Positions 27,446 to 36,607 of a stretch of 37,805 nt of DNA are shown here, piece after piece. This DNA comes from Gemmatimonadota bacterium (GTDB taxonomy: Bacteria > 4572-55 > J002): positions 1-37,805 of the forward strand of contig RFFQ01000072.1 in the NCBI GenBank assembly GCA_003697105.1, written 5' to 3'. Position 1 is the first letter of the stretch. Each line of letters opens with the position of its first letter. The notes under the pieces were generated by a model, which had not been told where the DNA came from, did no database searches, and saw only the letters and a list, made by a program, of their open reading frames with translations. A program made the translations under genes and the position numbers.

Positions 27446-28453
27446 ATGCAAAAAATACTGATTACGGGCGGCGCCGGTTTCATCGGGAGTAATTTTGTCC
27501 GCCACATGTTGAACGAATATAAATCATACCGCCTTATTGTTCTGGATGCACTAACTTATGCGGGTAATTTGGAAAATTTGGCGGATGTATGGCAACATCC
27601 GAATTTTATCTTTTATAAAGGTAATATTGGCGACCCGGATTGTGTTGCTAATGTGGTACAAAATGTAGATGCCATTGTAAATTTCGCGGCCGAAACCCAT
27701 GTGGATCGCTCCATTCATGGTGCCGGTAATTTTGTCCAAACAGATGTTTATGGTACATTTACGCTTCTCGAAGCCGCTAAAAAATATAAAATTGAGCGTT
27801 ATTTACAAATTAGCACCGACGAAGTTTACGGTAGCATTTTAGAGGGCGCGTTTCAAGAGACCGACCCCTTACGTCCTAGCAGCCCTTATTCTGCGAGTAA
27901 AGCCAGTGGAGATATGCTGGTGCATTCATATTATGTTACATATGACCTACCTGTTCTGATTACCCGAAGTTCCAACAACTATGGACCCTACCAATACCCT
28001 GAAAAATTAATCCCCCTTTTTATCACCAATGCCCTTGAAAATAAGCCGTTACCGCTTTATGGCGATGGACAAAACGTGAGAGATTGGATTTATGTCGAAG
28101 ATAATTGCAAAGCGGTGGATTACGTGTTACATCACGGTACTATTGGCGAAGTTTATAATATCGGCGGGGGTAACGAACGTACCAACATCTATATCACAAA
28201 GAAGATTCTGCAACTATTGGATAAGCCGGAATCTCTGATCACTCCGGTTAAAGATCGCCCCGGGCATGACCGGCGGTACGCTGTGGATTGCTCGAAAATC
28301 CAGGCGTTAGGATGGAAACCTCAAGTGGATTTTGAAGAAGGTATTGCAAAAACTGTACATTGGTATCAGGATCATCCCCAGTGGTGGATGGCATTGAAAG
28401 CCAAGAAAGCAGACTTTCAAGCCTTTTATCGTAAAAATTATGAGTCTTCATAA
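27446..28453 (+). CDS. rfbB: dTDP-glucose 4,6-dehydratase
   Basis: TGGAGFIG, DALTYAGN, FAAETHVDRSI, STDEVYG, YSASK, NNYGPYQYPEKLIP, DRPGHDRRY. Confidence 0.97.
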   Translation: MQKILITGGAGFIGSNFVRHMLNEYKSYRLIVLDALTYAGNLENLADVWQHPNFIFYKGNIGDPDCVANVVQNVDAIVNFAAETHVDRSIHGAGNFVQTDVYGTFTLLEAAKKYKIERYLQISTDEVYGSILEGAFQETDPLRPSSPYSASKASGDMLVHSYYVTYDLPVLITRSSNNYGPYQYPEKLIPLFITNALENKPLPLYGDGQNVRDWIYVEDNCKAVDYVLHHGTIGEVYNIGGGNERTNIYITKKILQLLDKPESLITPVKDRPGHDRRYAVDCSKIQALGWKPQVDFEEGIAKTVHWYQDHPQWWMALKAKKADFQAFYRKNYESS

Positions 28454-28477
28454 CATCAACCGAATGGACGTTTTTGC

Positions 28478-28505
28478 TTGACAATTCCGCAAAAAGTCAT
28501 AATTT
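28478..28505 (+). promoter_or_regulatory. Putative sigma70 promoter for the dksA-lspA-cdd unit
   Basis: TTGACA, 16 bp spacer, TAATTT. AAGGAG RBS before ATG 28572. Confidence 0.5.
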
Positions 28506-28571
28506 TCACGACGGTTTATATCCAAGTATTAAACTCTACAAGATGATGTTACACCACAAGAAGGAGTCGGC

Positions 28572-28964
28572 ATGGATAGCGAGAAGCTCAAATACTTTGA
28601 AGACCGCTTGCTGAATGAACGTGAAAAAGTGTTGGAAGAACTCAAAGACTTGTCAAATACAATTAAATCCAGTTCCATCAACCCAAATGGAAATGACTCC
28701 GCATACTCATTCCATATTGCGGATTTGGGTACGGACACGATGGAACGGGAGAAAACATTTCTCTTTGCTTCGGCAGAGGGACGATTATTGAAGCAGATTG
28801 ATGAGGCGTTACAACGCATCTATGATCATAAATATGGGGTTTGCGAGATGTGTTCCGAACCAATTAGCGATGATCGCCTGGATGCCATTCCGTATACCCA
28901 ACTCTGCATTAACTGCAAGCGAGACGCTGAAGAACGCCAACGTAGCGATTATAGGTTGGGTTAG
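28572..28964 (+). CDS. dksA: DksA/TraR family C4 zinc-finger protein
   Basis: Coiled coil with HIADLGTD tip, IDEALQRI..YGVCEMC...RLDAIPYTQLCINC. Confidence 0.88.
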   Translation: MDSEKLKYFEDRLLNEREKVLEELKDLSNTIKSSSINPNGNDSAYSFHIADLGTDTMEREKTFLFASAEGRLLKQIDEALQRIYDHKYGVCEMCSEPISDDRLDAIPYTQLCINCKRDAEERQRSDYRLG

Positions 28965-28977
28965 GGGGTGAATCTAT

Positions 28978-29535
28978 ATCAGGCACATTTGGTTTAGTAT
29001 CATCACCTTATCGGTCTTTGGGTTAGACCAACTGACAAAAATTATCGTTCAAAAAACAATCCCTTTAGGGCACGCCATCCCGGTGATTGAACCGTTTTTT
29101 CAATTAAAACACATCAAAAATCCGGGGGCGGCATTTGGTATTTCCATTGGAAACCGGTTTGTCTTTCTGACCATTTCCATTCTAGCGATTATTGTTATCT
29201 TTATTTATTACCTGCGCCTCTCCAAGCAACATCGGGGGAGCTATATTGCTTTGGGACTAATCATGGGGGGTGCACTGGGTAACTTGCTGGATCGGGTGGT
29301 TTACGGCGAAGTGACCGATTTTTTCGCCTTCTATTTTGGTACAATCCGTCTCGGTGATCACCTGATTTCGCTTACCTATCCCATTTTCAATGTAGCTGAT
29401 ATTGGGGTTAGTGTCGGGGTCAGTTTGCTGGTTCTGCTAATGCTCATCGATGAGTATCGCCTTCATCAAACCAATAAGGAGGCTCGTGTTGAGTCCTCAA
29501 TGGACAGTTCCCCAGCTCATTCAACAGGCGATTAA
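28978..29535 (+). CDS. lspA: Lipoprotein signal peptidase (signal peptidase II); N-terminus extends upstream of the ORF-track start, apparent ATC start
   Basis: In-frame IRHIWFSIITLSVFGLDQLTK upstream of 29083. NPGAAFG, GALGNLLDR, VTDFF and FNVAD motifs. Confidence 0.93.
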   Translation: MRHIWFSIITLSVFGLDQLTKIIVQKTIPLGHAIPVIEPFFQLKHIKNPGAAFGISIGNRFVFLTISILAIIVIFIYYLRLSKQHRGSYIALGLIMGGALGNLLDRVVYGEVTDFFAFYFGTIRLGDHLISLTYPIFNVADIGVSVGVSLLVLLMLIDEYRLHQTNKEARVESSMDSSPAHSTGD

Positions 29536-29899
29536 AGCCCGCCAACAAAGCTATAGTCCGTATAGTCAATTTGCGGTTGGGGCCGCATTGCTCAGTACCT
29601 CCGGAAAAATTTACCGGGGATGTAATATCGAAAATTCATCATACGGATTAACTATCTGCGCTGAACGAGTCGCTATCGGAAAAGCGGTTTCAGAAGGAGA
29701 CCGCCAGTTTTCCCAAATAGTGATCACCACCCAACGTGAACTTCTCGTCCCCCCCTGTGGTGCTTGTTTACAAGTCCTCAATGAGTTTGTCCCCCATGAT
29801 TTTGAAATCATTTTAGCGTCTTCTACCTCTCATTTTGAACATTATTTTTTACACGATTTTTTACCTCGCCCTTTTTCCTTCGATTCTCATGTAAAATGA
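29489..29899 (+). CDS. cdd: Cytidine deaminase, homotetrameric type (probable TTG start 29489; ORF open from 29450)
   Basis: YSPYSQFAVGAA, GCNIENSSY, CAER and PCGAC. TAAGGAGG RBS at 29475-29482. Confidence 0.95.
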   Translation: MSPQWTVPQLIQQAIKARQQSYSPYSQFAVGAALLSTSGKIYRGCNIENSSYGLTICAERVAIGKAVSEGDRQFSQIVITTQRELLVPPCGACLQVLNEFVPHDFEIILASSTSHFEHYFLHDFLPRPFSFDSHVK

Positions 29900-29909
29900 G
29901 GCATCTATT

Positions 29910-31913
29910 ATGACAGTAAATGAACTTATAACTCTTGCCAAACGTGCGGCGGAGGACCAATCCGTATCGATAGACCTCCCCCTTGATAATGACACCTTGT
30001 ACGACTTGCAAGATTATCTTAGCGAAGGTCCCATGTTGCGTTCTGCTGTGATGGAAGTCGTCTTAACGTGGGGATTAACCTCCGCCGAACAATCTGATGA
30101 TGGGGGGCTAGAAGTCTATTTTCGGACGCGCTATGCCGACTACATCGGCCGCCGTAAAAATGATATGGAAACCGCTTTGCAAGAGGTTCGGCGAGCGCGT
30201 AAATTGGCAGAAGAGATCGAAGATACAGAAGGCTATCTTTACACCGTGCGCGAAGAAGGCGATCTTCGGGTACAATATCACCAATTTGATGACGCAATTC
30301 GCATTTATGCCAAAGGCTATCGCCTTGCATACCGTACCGGCACTGAAGATACGTACGCGAAGTTTATCCGGAATATCGGACGAATGTATGGCTTGAGTGG
30401 AAAGTCGCAAAAAGCGATTCGTTGGCTTAAAAAAGGATTAGCGTTTTCAAAGAAAAATCATCTATACTATATTTATCTGGATCATATTCAGGAACTTGGC
30501 AACTTGTATGCACGCAATGGAGAACGAGACCTCGCAATTGAAACCTTTCAGAACGGGCTGGATTATATTTCTCAGATTCCACCGGAAAAAGCAGGACATC
30601 GTGCCGGAGAGCGAATGGTTTCCATGTGCTATGGGCTGAGTGGTGCGCAACGCGCGCAGGAAAACTATCATGATGCTTTGGCATCCTTAAAACGAGCACA
30701 ACAAGTGCTGGCAATGCAACCGAATGAATACTACGAAATGCTAATAAGTCATTTGTTAGCTCTGATTTACTGGACGCTGAAACAGTATGACAAATCAATT
30801 TTGTACCATCAGAAGGCTTCTGAACTGGCGTGCTTGCAAGGCAATCGTGATTTTGAAGTGGTTTCCCAAATTTACATCGGGGGGGTTCTGTTTGATCAAA
30901 AGCAGTGGGAGGCGGCACAGGAAATTTACGAAAAATGGTTGCCTGAATTAGAAAAAGTACACCAACCCCATATCTTGGTCAATTCGTGGTTCCGGCTGGG
31001 TGACATTTACTACGAACTCAATGCAGATGCGCAAGCGAAAACATGTTTTGAAAAAGGTATTCAGCTTGCCAGCGGGCAAATCCCAGATGAATCCGGGTAC
31101 GAAGGTTTGGGAAAAATCTATCAACGCCAAGGTAAAATAGACCAAGCCTTGAGTTCCTTTGAACGGGCTTTGTCCGGCTATCGTAAAAATGATGAAATGC
31201 TAAGTACGATCCAAATGTTGCATAAAATTGGCGGGATACTGGCTCAAAGCGAAAATGAGTCTCAATACGAAAAAGCTGTGTCCTATTTTGAAGAAGCGGC
31301 GGAGTTGCTCCAAAAACTCTGGGAAAAATATACCGACCAATACGAAGCAATGGAACGAGATAACCTAGACCAAGAGCAACGCGGAGAGTATTATCAGCTC
31401 TTTGTGCATCGTTACCGGGAACTTGTAGAAGAAAATTTTTCACATGTCCGGGGCATTATTGAATCCTTAAGTAGTTCGCAACAAAAACTGTCGGATGTCC
31501 AAAAAAGTCTGCATGAACAACAGCATATTGTCTCGAAATTATCCACACCAGTGATTCAACTATGGGATGGGATTCTCTGTATGCCATTGGTGGGTGATAT
31601 CGATGACCAACGGGCAAATCAGGTGATGGAAGCCTTACTGACGGATATTGTCAAAAAAAAGGCAGAAATTATCCTGCTCGATATTACCGGCGTACCGATG
31701 GTCGATACCAACGTAGCCAATTATCTGATTCAAACGGTGCGAGCCTCCCAACTGTTAGGTGCGGAAGCCGTTTTGGTTGGGATTCGCCCGCCGATTGCCC
31801 AAACCCTCATCCATTTGGGACTCGACCTGACCGGTATCGTGACGCTTAGCAATCTTCAACAAGGACTGCAATATGCCCTTAAACGCTTGAATTGGACTAT
31901 TCAATTGATGTAA
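29910..31913 (+). CDS. TPR-repeat protein with C-terminal RsbR-type STAS domain
   Basis: TPR array, coiled coil, then LSTPVIQLWDGILCMPLVG...LLDITGVPMVDTNVA...LLGAEAVLVGIRPPIAQTLIHLG. Confidence 0.9.
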   Translation: MTVNELITLAKRAAEDQSVSIDLPLDNDTLYDLQDYLSEGPMLRSAVMEVVLTWGLTSAEQSDDGGLEVYFRTRYADYIGRRKNDMETALQEVRRARKLAEEIEDTEGYLYTVREEGDLRVQYHQFDDAIRIYAKGYRLAYRTGTEDTYAKFIRNIGRMYGLSGKSQKAIRWLKKGLAFSKKNHLYYIYLDHIQELGNLYARNGERDLAIETFQNGLDYISQIPPEKAGHRAGERMVSMCYGLSGAQRAQENYHDALASLKRAQQVLAMQPNEYYEMLISHLLALIYWTLKQYDKSILYHQKASELACLQGNRDFEVVSQIYIGGVLFDQKQWEAAQEIYEKWLPELEKVHQPHILVNSWFRLGDIYYELNADAQAKTCFEKGIQLASGQIPDESGYEGLGKIYQRQGKIDQALSSFERALSGYRKNDEMLSTIQMLHKIGGILAQSENESQYEKAVSYFEEAAELLQKLWEKYTDQYEAMERDNLDQEQRGEYYQLFVHRYRELVEENFSHVRGIIESLSSSQQKLSDVQKSLHEQQHIVSKLSTPVIQLWDGILCMPLVGDIDDQRANQVMEALLTDIVKKKAEIILLDITGVPMVDTNVANYLIQTVRASQLLGAEAVLVGIRPPIAQTLIHLGLDLTGIVTLSNLQQGLQYALKRLNWTIQLM

Positions 31914-31992
31914 CGATGCCGTCGCTTATACCCTCCGTTACATGAGGGAAACTGTTTCGTCGATGACTCGTCTTATTGCGCCCCGTTCTATA

Positions 31993-32022
31993 AAAGCCAT
32001 TCTGGAATCCCAGAGTGGCTTT
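31993..32022 (+). terminator. Intrinsic terminator
   Basis: AAAGCCATTCTGG-AATC-CCAGAGTGGCTTT followed by AT-rich sequence. Confidence 0.7.
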
Positions 32023-32331
32023 ATTCTTATTATCCTTCTCTAAAAATGCTATCTAAATTTGTTAAATTGTGAGTCAAAATGTCGGAAGAACCAAATGTGC
32101 CTATGTATTTCAGGGCTTGGCAGACAATAATACATGAAGAATTCATTTTTTACTTGACGAGAACTACAAATCCATTATTTTAATGCCAGTATTTTCCCCA
32201 CCCCACGATATATGTCTAACATCCTCTTGAGATTGATCTTCTAACGACAATCCCATCTACCGTTTTTTACGTTTAACCCGATCAATTATCCCGTAGTTCA
32301 CCATTAACTCTATTTAACGAGGAGGTTTTCT

Positions 32332-35300
32332 ATGCCCCGGTTGCGCGTTTTTGTAGTGTTACTCGCCCTGTTTTTGGGTGTAAACTTCGCACAAGCAGAG
32401 TGGTTACCACTAAGTAGTAGTACCCCGGCTGTCACTGAAATTGAGGTTCTCCGTAGCGATCTCAACAGCACCCGTCTGCGGGTGGAACTCAGTGGGGTCG
32501 AACTTTCCACTGTGCCTTGGTTCGGTTCGGAATACACCGAAATCAGTATGCCGAACACCCCCCATACGAGTCAGGAAGGCGCGCCGAAAGTCCCGATGCT
32601 TTCTACCGCGATTGCATTACCTCCCACCGCGGGCGTGGAACTGATCGTCCGTCCCGGTCAATACGAAACCTTAACCGGAAAAGATGTACTTCCTTACTCT
32701 GACTATACGCACGACCCAGAAAAATGGGTTATCGACGGCGATATTTATAACACAGATGCCTTTTATCCGGCAGAGATTGCCCGCGTTCAATCTCCCCAAA
32801 TTATGCGGGATATCCGCTATGCTCCGTTGCAAATCTTCCCCATTCAGGTCAACCCAATGACCCAAGAAGTGCGCATCTACACCGAGCTGGAAATTGAAAT
32901 TCGGACACGTGGCACCAATGGGGTAAATGCCAAAACTACCTATTCGGCAGCGCCGTCACCAGCATTTGAAAAAATTTATCAAAACCGGTTCGTCAATTAC
33001 GAGTCGATTAAACCCTACCTGTTTCCCCATATGCGAGTTGCTCCCGAGGGCTTAAACTTGCTGATCATCAGCCCAGATGCCCTAGCCGGCGCATTGGCAC
33101 CTTACGTGGAATGGAAAAACAAAAAAGGAATACGCACTTACGTGGCGCCATTTTCCGAAACGGGTAGCAGCCGGAATCAAATTAAGACTTATATCCAAAA
33201 TCTATACGATAATCCGGATACACGCCCCGAATATCTACTGTTTATCGGAGATGCAAATGTCTTCCCCGGCTGGAACTCAACCGGTTACCTCGGCGATAAT
33301 CCTTACGGCTATCTGGAAGGTGACGATGAAGTCCTCGATATTTTCATGGGACGCTATCCGTGTACCAACTCGCCGCTCTCCCTCTTGACCATGGTTAATC
33401 GCACCATTGAATACGAGCAAGATATTGTGAATGATGGTTCCGGTTGGAACAAAAAAGCGACGTTAATCTGCCCGCAAGCCTCCTCCCAAAGCATCAAATT
33501 TAATCGCATCGGGCAGGAATTGCTGGTCGATCTGGGGGGCTATACGGAAATCAATGAATTTAGCGGTTTTAATGGCGGTAACGAAGTCATTCAACTCTTA
33601 AACAATGAAGGGCAAAATTTCCTCAATTATCGGGGTTCGATCAGCAATTATGGGGTTACCCCAGACCGGGTGGACCCCCAAGGGAAATATCCCTTTGTCA
33701 CGTGGTTGACCTGTAGCACCTGCAACTATGCCACAACAGACCTTTGTGTGCAGTGGATGCGGGATGGTAGCTCCACCACGCCCGAAGGCGCTATTGCGGC
33801 AATTGGCGGCTCCCAAGTCACCACCCCAGAACCGTACGCTCGCCGCCGCGATGCACTCGACAAAGGTATGTACGAAGGAATGTTTGAGCAGGGATTAACC
33901 CATTTGGGTGAGATTGTGCTCTGGGGTAAAGAAAATATCCTGATTGAATATCCCCGGCCAGATATGTATACCGATGATACCTACAACCATTTTGCCTTGA
34001 TGGGTGACCCGACCGTTGAAATTCGTACCGATGGCGCTACGGACTTGCAAGTGGAACACCAGCCAATCATGCCGTTTGGGATGTTTGATTATGTTGTTAC
34101 CGTCAGGGATAACAACGGCGAACCACTGGCGGGAGCAACCGTTGCATTAACCGGTCTGGATATTGATGAAGATGTCTTTTACACTGCTACAACGGACGAA
34201 AACGGCGAAGCCATTTTGCACGTAATGATTGACCAGTTAGGCGATTATGACCTAGTCGTAACCTCCCAAAATTCGTACCCCTACATGGGTACCGTCCGCG
34301 GTGTCCCTGGGATGGCATTTGAAGGCGTCGTCACCAACTCCGAGACCGGCGCACCCGTACCGGCAAGGGTTTCGGTAGAAGGCGGCTATTACGCCTTTGC
34401 AGATGTGGAAACCGGTTTTTACCGGCTCTATGTCCCCGAAGAAGGCACCTACCAACTGCTGAGCGAACGCTGGGGCTACTACGACTACCTCTCCCAAGAA
34501 CTCACCATTACGGATGGGGATACGCTAACCCTTGATATTGTAATGAATCCTTACCCCTCCGGTACGATCTCCGGGCATGTGCGCGATATGGCAATGAATC
34601 CGGTTGAAGGTGCCATGGTCATCGCTCGTCAGGAAGTCGATCAACCCCCCGTCTATACGGACGCGGAAGGCTACTACGAAATTATTGCTCCGGGTTCGTA
34701 CACCTATGACCTGTACGTCGAACACCCTGATCATGCAGAACGAACCATTCAAGTGCAGTTACCTATTGGTGAAAATGTCGTGTTTGACTTCCGCTTAGCC
34801 TCAATGGAAAATTTTGAAGAGGATGACGGCGGATTTTATGAAGTCAGCCCATTTAGTGATTGGGAACATGGAACACCCACTGCCGAAGGCGGTCCCGCAG
34901 AAGCCTATTCCGGGGAAAACGTATGGGGTACTGTGCTAAACGCACCATACCACCCCGCTCGAAATTCCGTGCTGTACACCCCTGAATTCTATATCGCGCC
35001 AGACCCCGATATCGATTATCATTTGCAGTTCCATCACTGGTACGAGATCAACGAAGACTGGGATGGGGGGAATGTCCAAATTAGTACAGATGGCGGAAAC
35101 ACATGGGATATCGTCATCCCCGAAGGCGGCTATCCTGATGAGTCCGTGGTTGGATTGGGCGCCCAACCCGGCTACACCGGTGTGAGCGATGGTTGGCAAC
35201 AAGCCCGCTTCAATTTGTCTGATTACGCCGGTGAATGGGTCCAAATCCGTTTCCGATTCGGTGTGACGAACAGTGCCGAACGCTATCGAGGATGGTTTAT

Positions 35301-36441
35301 TGATCGCTTTGTAATCTATGGCAGTGAAGAAGAACCTCCCGGACTCTTCACCGTCTCAGGACACATCCGGTATCAGGATTCCGATACCGCGGTACCCAAT
35401 ACTCACCTAACACTAGGTGCATTTGAGACAACCAGCAATGCCGACGGCCTGTTCAACTTTACGGAAGTACCCCTCGGCGACTATACGTTGGCCGCACAAA
35501 AAGAAGCCAGTCACAACGGTATTTCCTCCTTTGATGCCGCCCGAATCCTACAATATGCCGTTGGTAGTTACGAATTTGATGAATACCAGATCCGCGCGGC
35601 GGATGTAACGGGTGATGGAGGAATCAGCCCCTTTGATGCGGCTCGGGTCGCCCAATTTGCTGCCGGAATCGAGCAAAGCTCCGCTACCGGAACTTGGCAG
35701 TTTCTGCCGGAAGCTTACTCCTACACGCCACTAAATATCAACCTGACAGACCAAGATTTTAACGCCATCCTGATGGGTGAAGTTACCGGTAACTGGACAC
35801 CGGGATCTCAACAGAGAATGAAACAGAATGAGCCCGAAATAGCGGCAAACGCAGAAGTCAAACAAGTCGGTAATCAGTTACAATTAACCCACTTCGTAGA
35901 TGAGGTACTGGCATTCCAATTTACCCTCCAAGCGGATCCGTTGCCAAAGGTGCGTCTGCCGGAATCCGCCGGAGCAGATTGGCAGCTGCTGGTTCAGCAA
36001 CACGATGAATACCAGTGGATCGTAGTGGCATACGGTGCCACACCACTACCCACGGAAACACTCTTCATCTTAGATGGGTTGGTAGGCCTCCCGCAGGTGG
36101 AGATTCTCGACGGGCAAATTAACGAAACTCCCGCAAAAGTGATTCCAGCGGTAAATCTGCCCCAAAAGGTCACCCTTCACGCTGCTTATCCCAACCCCTT
36201 CAACCCTAAGACAACGTTGGCGTTCGATTTACCCCAATCCAGTCATGTCCGCCTGACCATTTACGACGTATCCGGTCACCTCGTGACCACCCTGGTGGAA
36301 GGCGAACGGGAAGCCGGCTACCATCAGGTAAAATGGAACGGCACAAATGACCAAAACCAAGCCGTTGGTTCAGGACTTTACTTTTACCGTCTGGAAACCA
36401 GTAACGAGCAACTTGTCAACTCCATGTTGCTGTTGCGTTAA
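32332..36441 (+). CDS. Secreted gingipain-like C25 family protein: propeptide, C25 domain, Ig/carboxypeptidase-regulatory-like repeats, jelly-roll domain, dockerin, FlgD-Ig/T9SS-like CTD
   Basis: GAGGAGG RBS and signal peptide. GAPKVP..IALP and FYP propeptide, EWKNKKG, YLLFIGD, GDNPY, MGR, LMGDP. WDGGNV...GWFID jelly roll, ADVTGDGGISPFDA dockerin, YPNPFNP...SGLYFYRL CTD. Confidence 0.9.
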   Translation: MPRLRVFVVLLALFLGVNFAQAEWLPLSSSTPAVTEIEVLRSDLNSTRLRVELSGVELSTVPWFGSEYTEISMPNTPHTSQEGAPKVPMLSTAIALPPTAGVELIVRPGQYETLTGKDVLPYSDYTHDPEKWVIDGDIYNTDAFYPAEIARVQSPQIMRDIRYAPLQIFPIQVNPMTQEVRIYTELEIEIRTRGTNGVNAKTTYSAAPSPAFEKIYQNRFVNYESIKPYLFPHMRVAPEGLNLLIISPDALAGALAPYVEWKNKKGIRTYVAPFSETGSSRNQIKTYIQNLYDNPDTRPEYLLFIGDANVFPGWNSTGYLGDNPYGYLEGDDEVLDIFMGRYPCTNSPLSLLTMVNRTIEYEQDIVNDGSGWNKKATLICPQASSQSIKFNRIGQELLVDLGGYTEINEFSGFNGGNEVIQLLNNEGQNFLNYRGSISNYGVTPDRVDPQGKYPFVTWLTCSTCNYATTDLCVQWMRDGSSTTPEGAIAAIGGSQVTTPEPYARRRDALDKGMYEGMFEQGLTHLGEIVLWGKENILIEYPRPDMYTDDTYNHFALMGDPTVEIRTDGATDLQVEHQPIMPFGMFDYVVTVRDNNGEPLAGATVALTGLDIDEDVFYTATTDENGEAILHVMIDQLGDYDLVVTSQNSYPYMGTVRGVPGMAFEGVVTNSETGAPVPARVSVEGGYYAFADVETGFYRLYVPEEGTYQLLSERWGYYDYLSQELTITDGDTLTLDIVMNPYPSGTISGHVRDMAMNPVEGAMVIARQEVDQPPVYTDAEGYYEIIAPGSYTYDLYVEHPDHAERTIQVQLPIGENVVFDFRLASMENFEEDDGGFYEVSPFSDWEHGTPTAEGGPAEAYSGENVWGTVLNAPYHPARNSVLYTPEFYIAPDPDIDYHLQFHHWYEINEDWDGGNVQISTDGGNTWDIVIPEGGYPDESVVGLGAQPGYTGVSDGWQQARFNLSDYAGEWVQIRFRFGVTNSAERYRGWFIDRFVIYGSEEEPPGLFTVSGHIRYQDSDTAVPNTHLTLGAFETTSNADGLFNFTEVPLGDYTLAAQKEASHNGISSFDAARILQYAVGSYEFDEYQIRAADVTGDGGISPFDAARVAQFAAGIEQSSATGTWQFLPEAYSYTPLNINLTDQDFNAILMGEVTGNWTPGSQQRMKQNEPEIAANAEVKQVGNQLQLTHFVDEVLAFQFTLQADPLPKVRLPESAGADWQLLVQQHDEYQWIVVAYGATPLPTETLFILDGLVGLPQVEILDGQINETPAKVIPAVNLPQKVTLHAAYPNPFNPKTTLAFDLPQSSHVRLTIYDVSGHLVTTLVEGEREAGYHQVKWNGTNDQNQAVGSGLYFYRLETSNEQLVNSMLLLR

Positions 36442-36474
36442 CGAAACCAATAACAACCGTTTCTTCTATTCATC

Positions 36475-36508
36475 GCACCCTGCGCTTCTTCTGGCGGGGT
36501 GCTCTTTT
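36475..36508 (+). terminator. Intrinsic terminator
   Basis: GCACCCTGC-loop-GCGGGGTGC followed by TCTTTT. Confidence 0.7.
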
Positions 36509-36607
36509 AGGAACCAGATGCCCGGTGGTCTCTGTTTTTTCTTGTGAATAGCATGAAGATGTACTATATACCAGTGCCATTCAATATCTCATAAACAGGA
36601 GTTGCTG

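Noticed and set aside
29083..29085. ORF-track GTG start for lspA
   Set aside because: It would remove the conserved first TM helix and DQxTK motif, and it has no SD.
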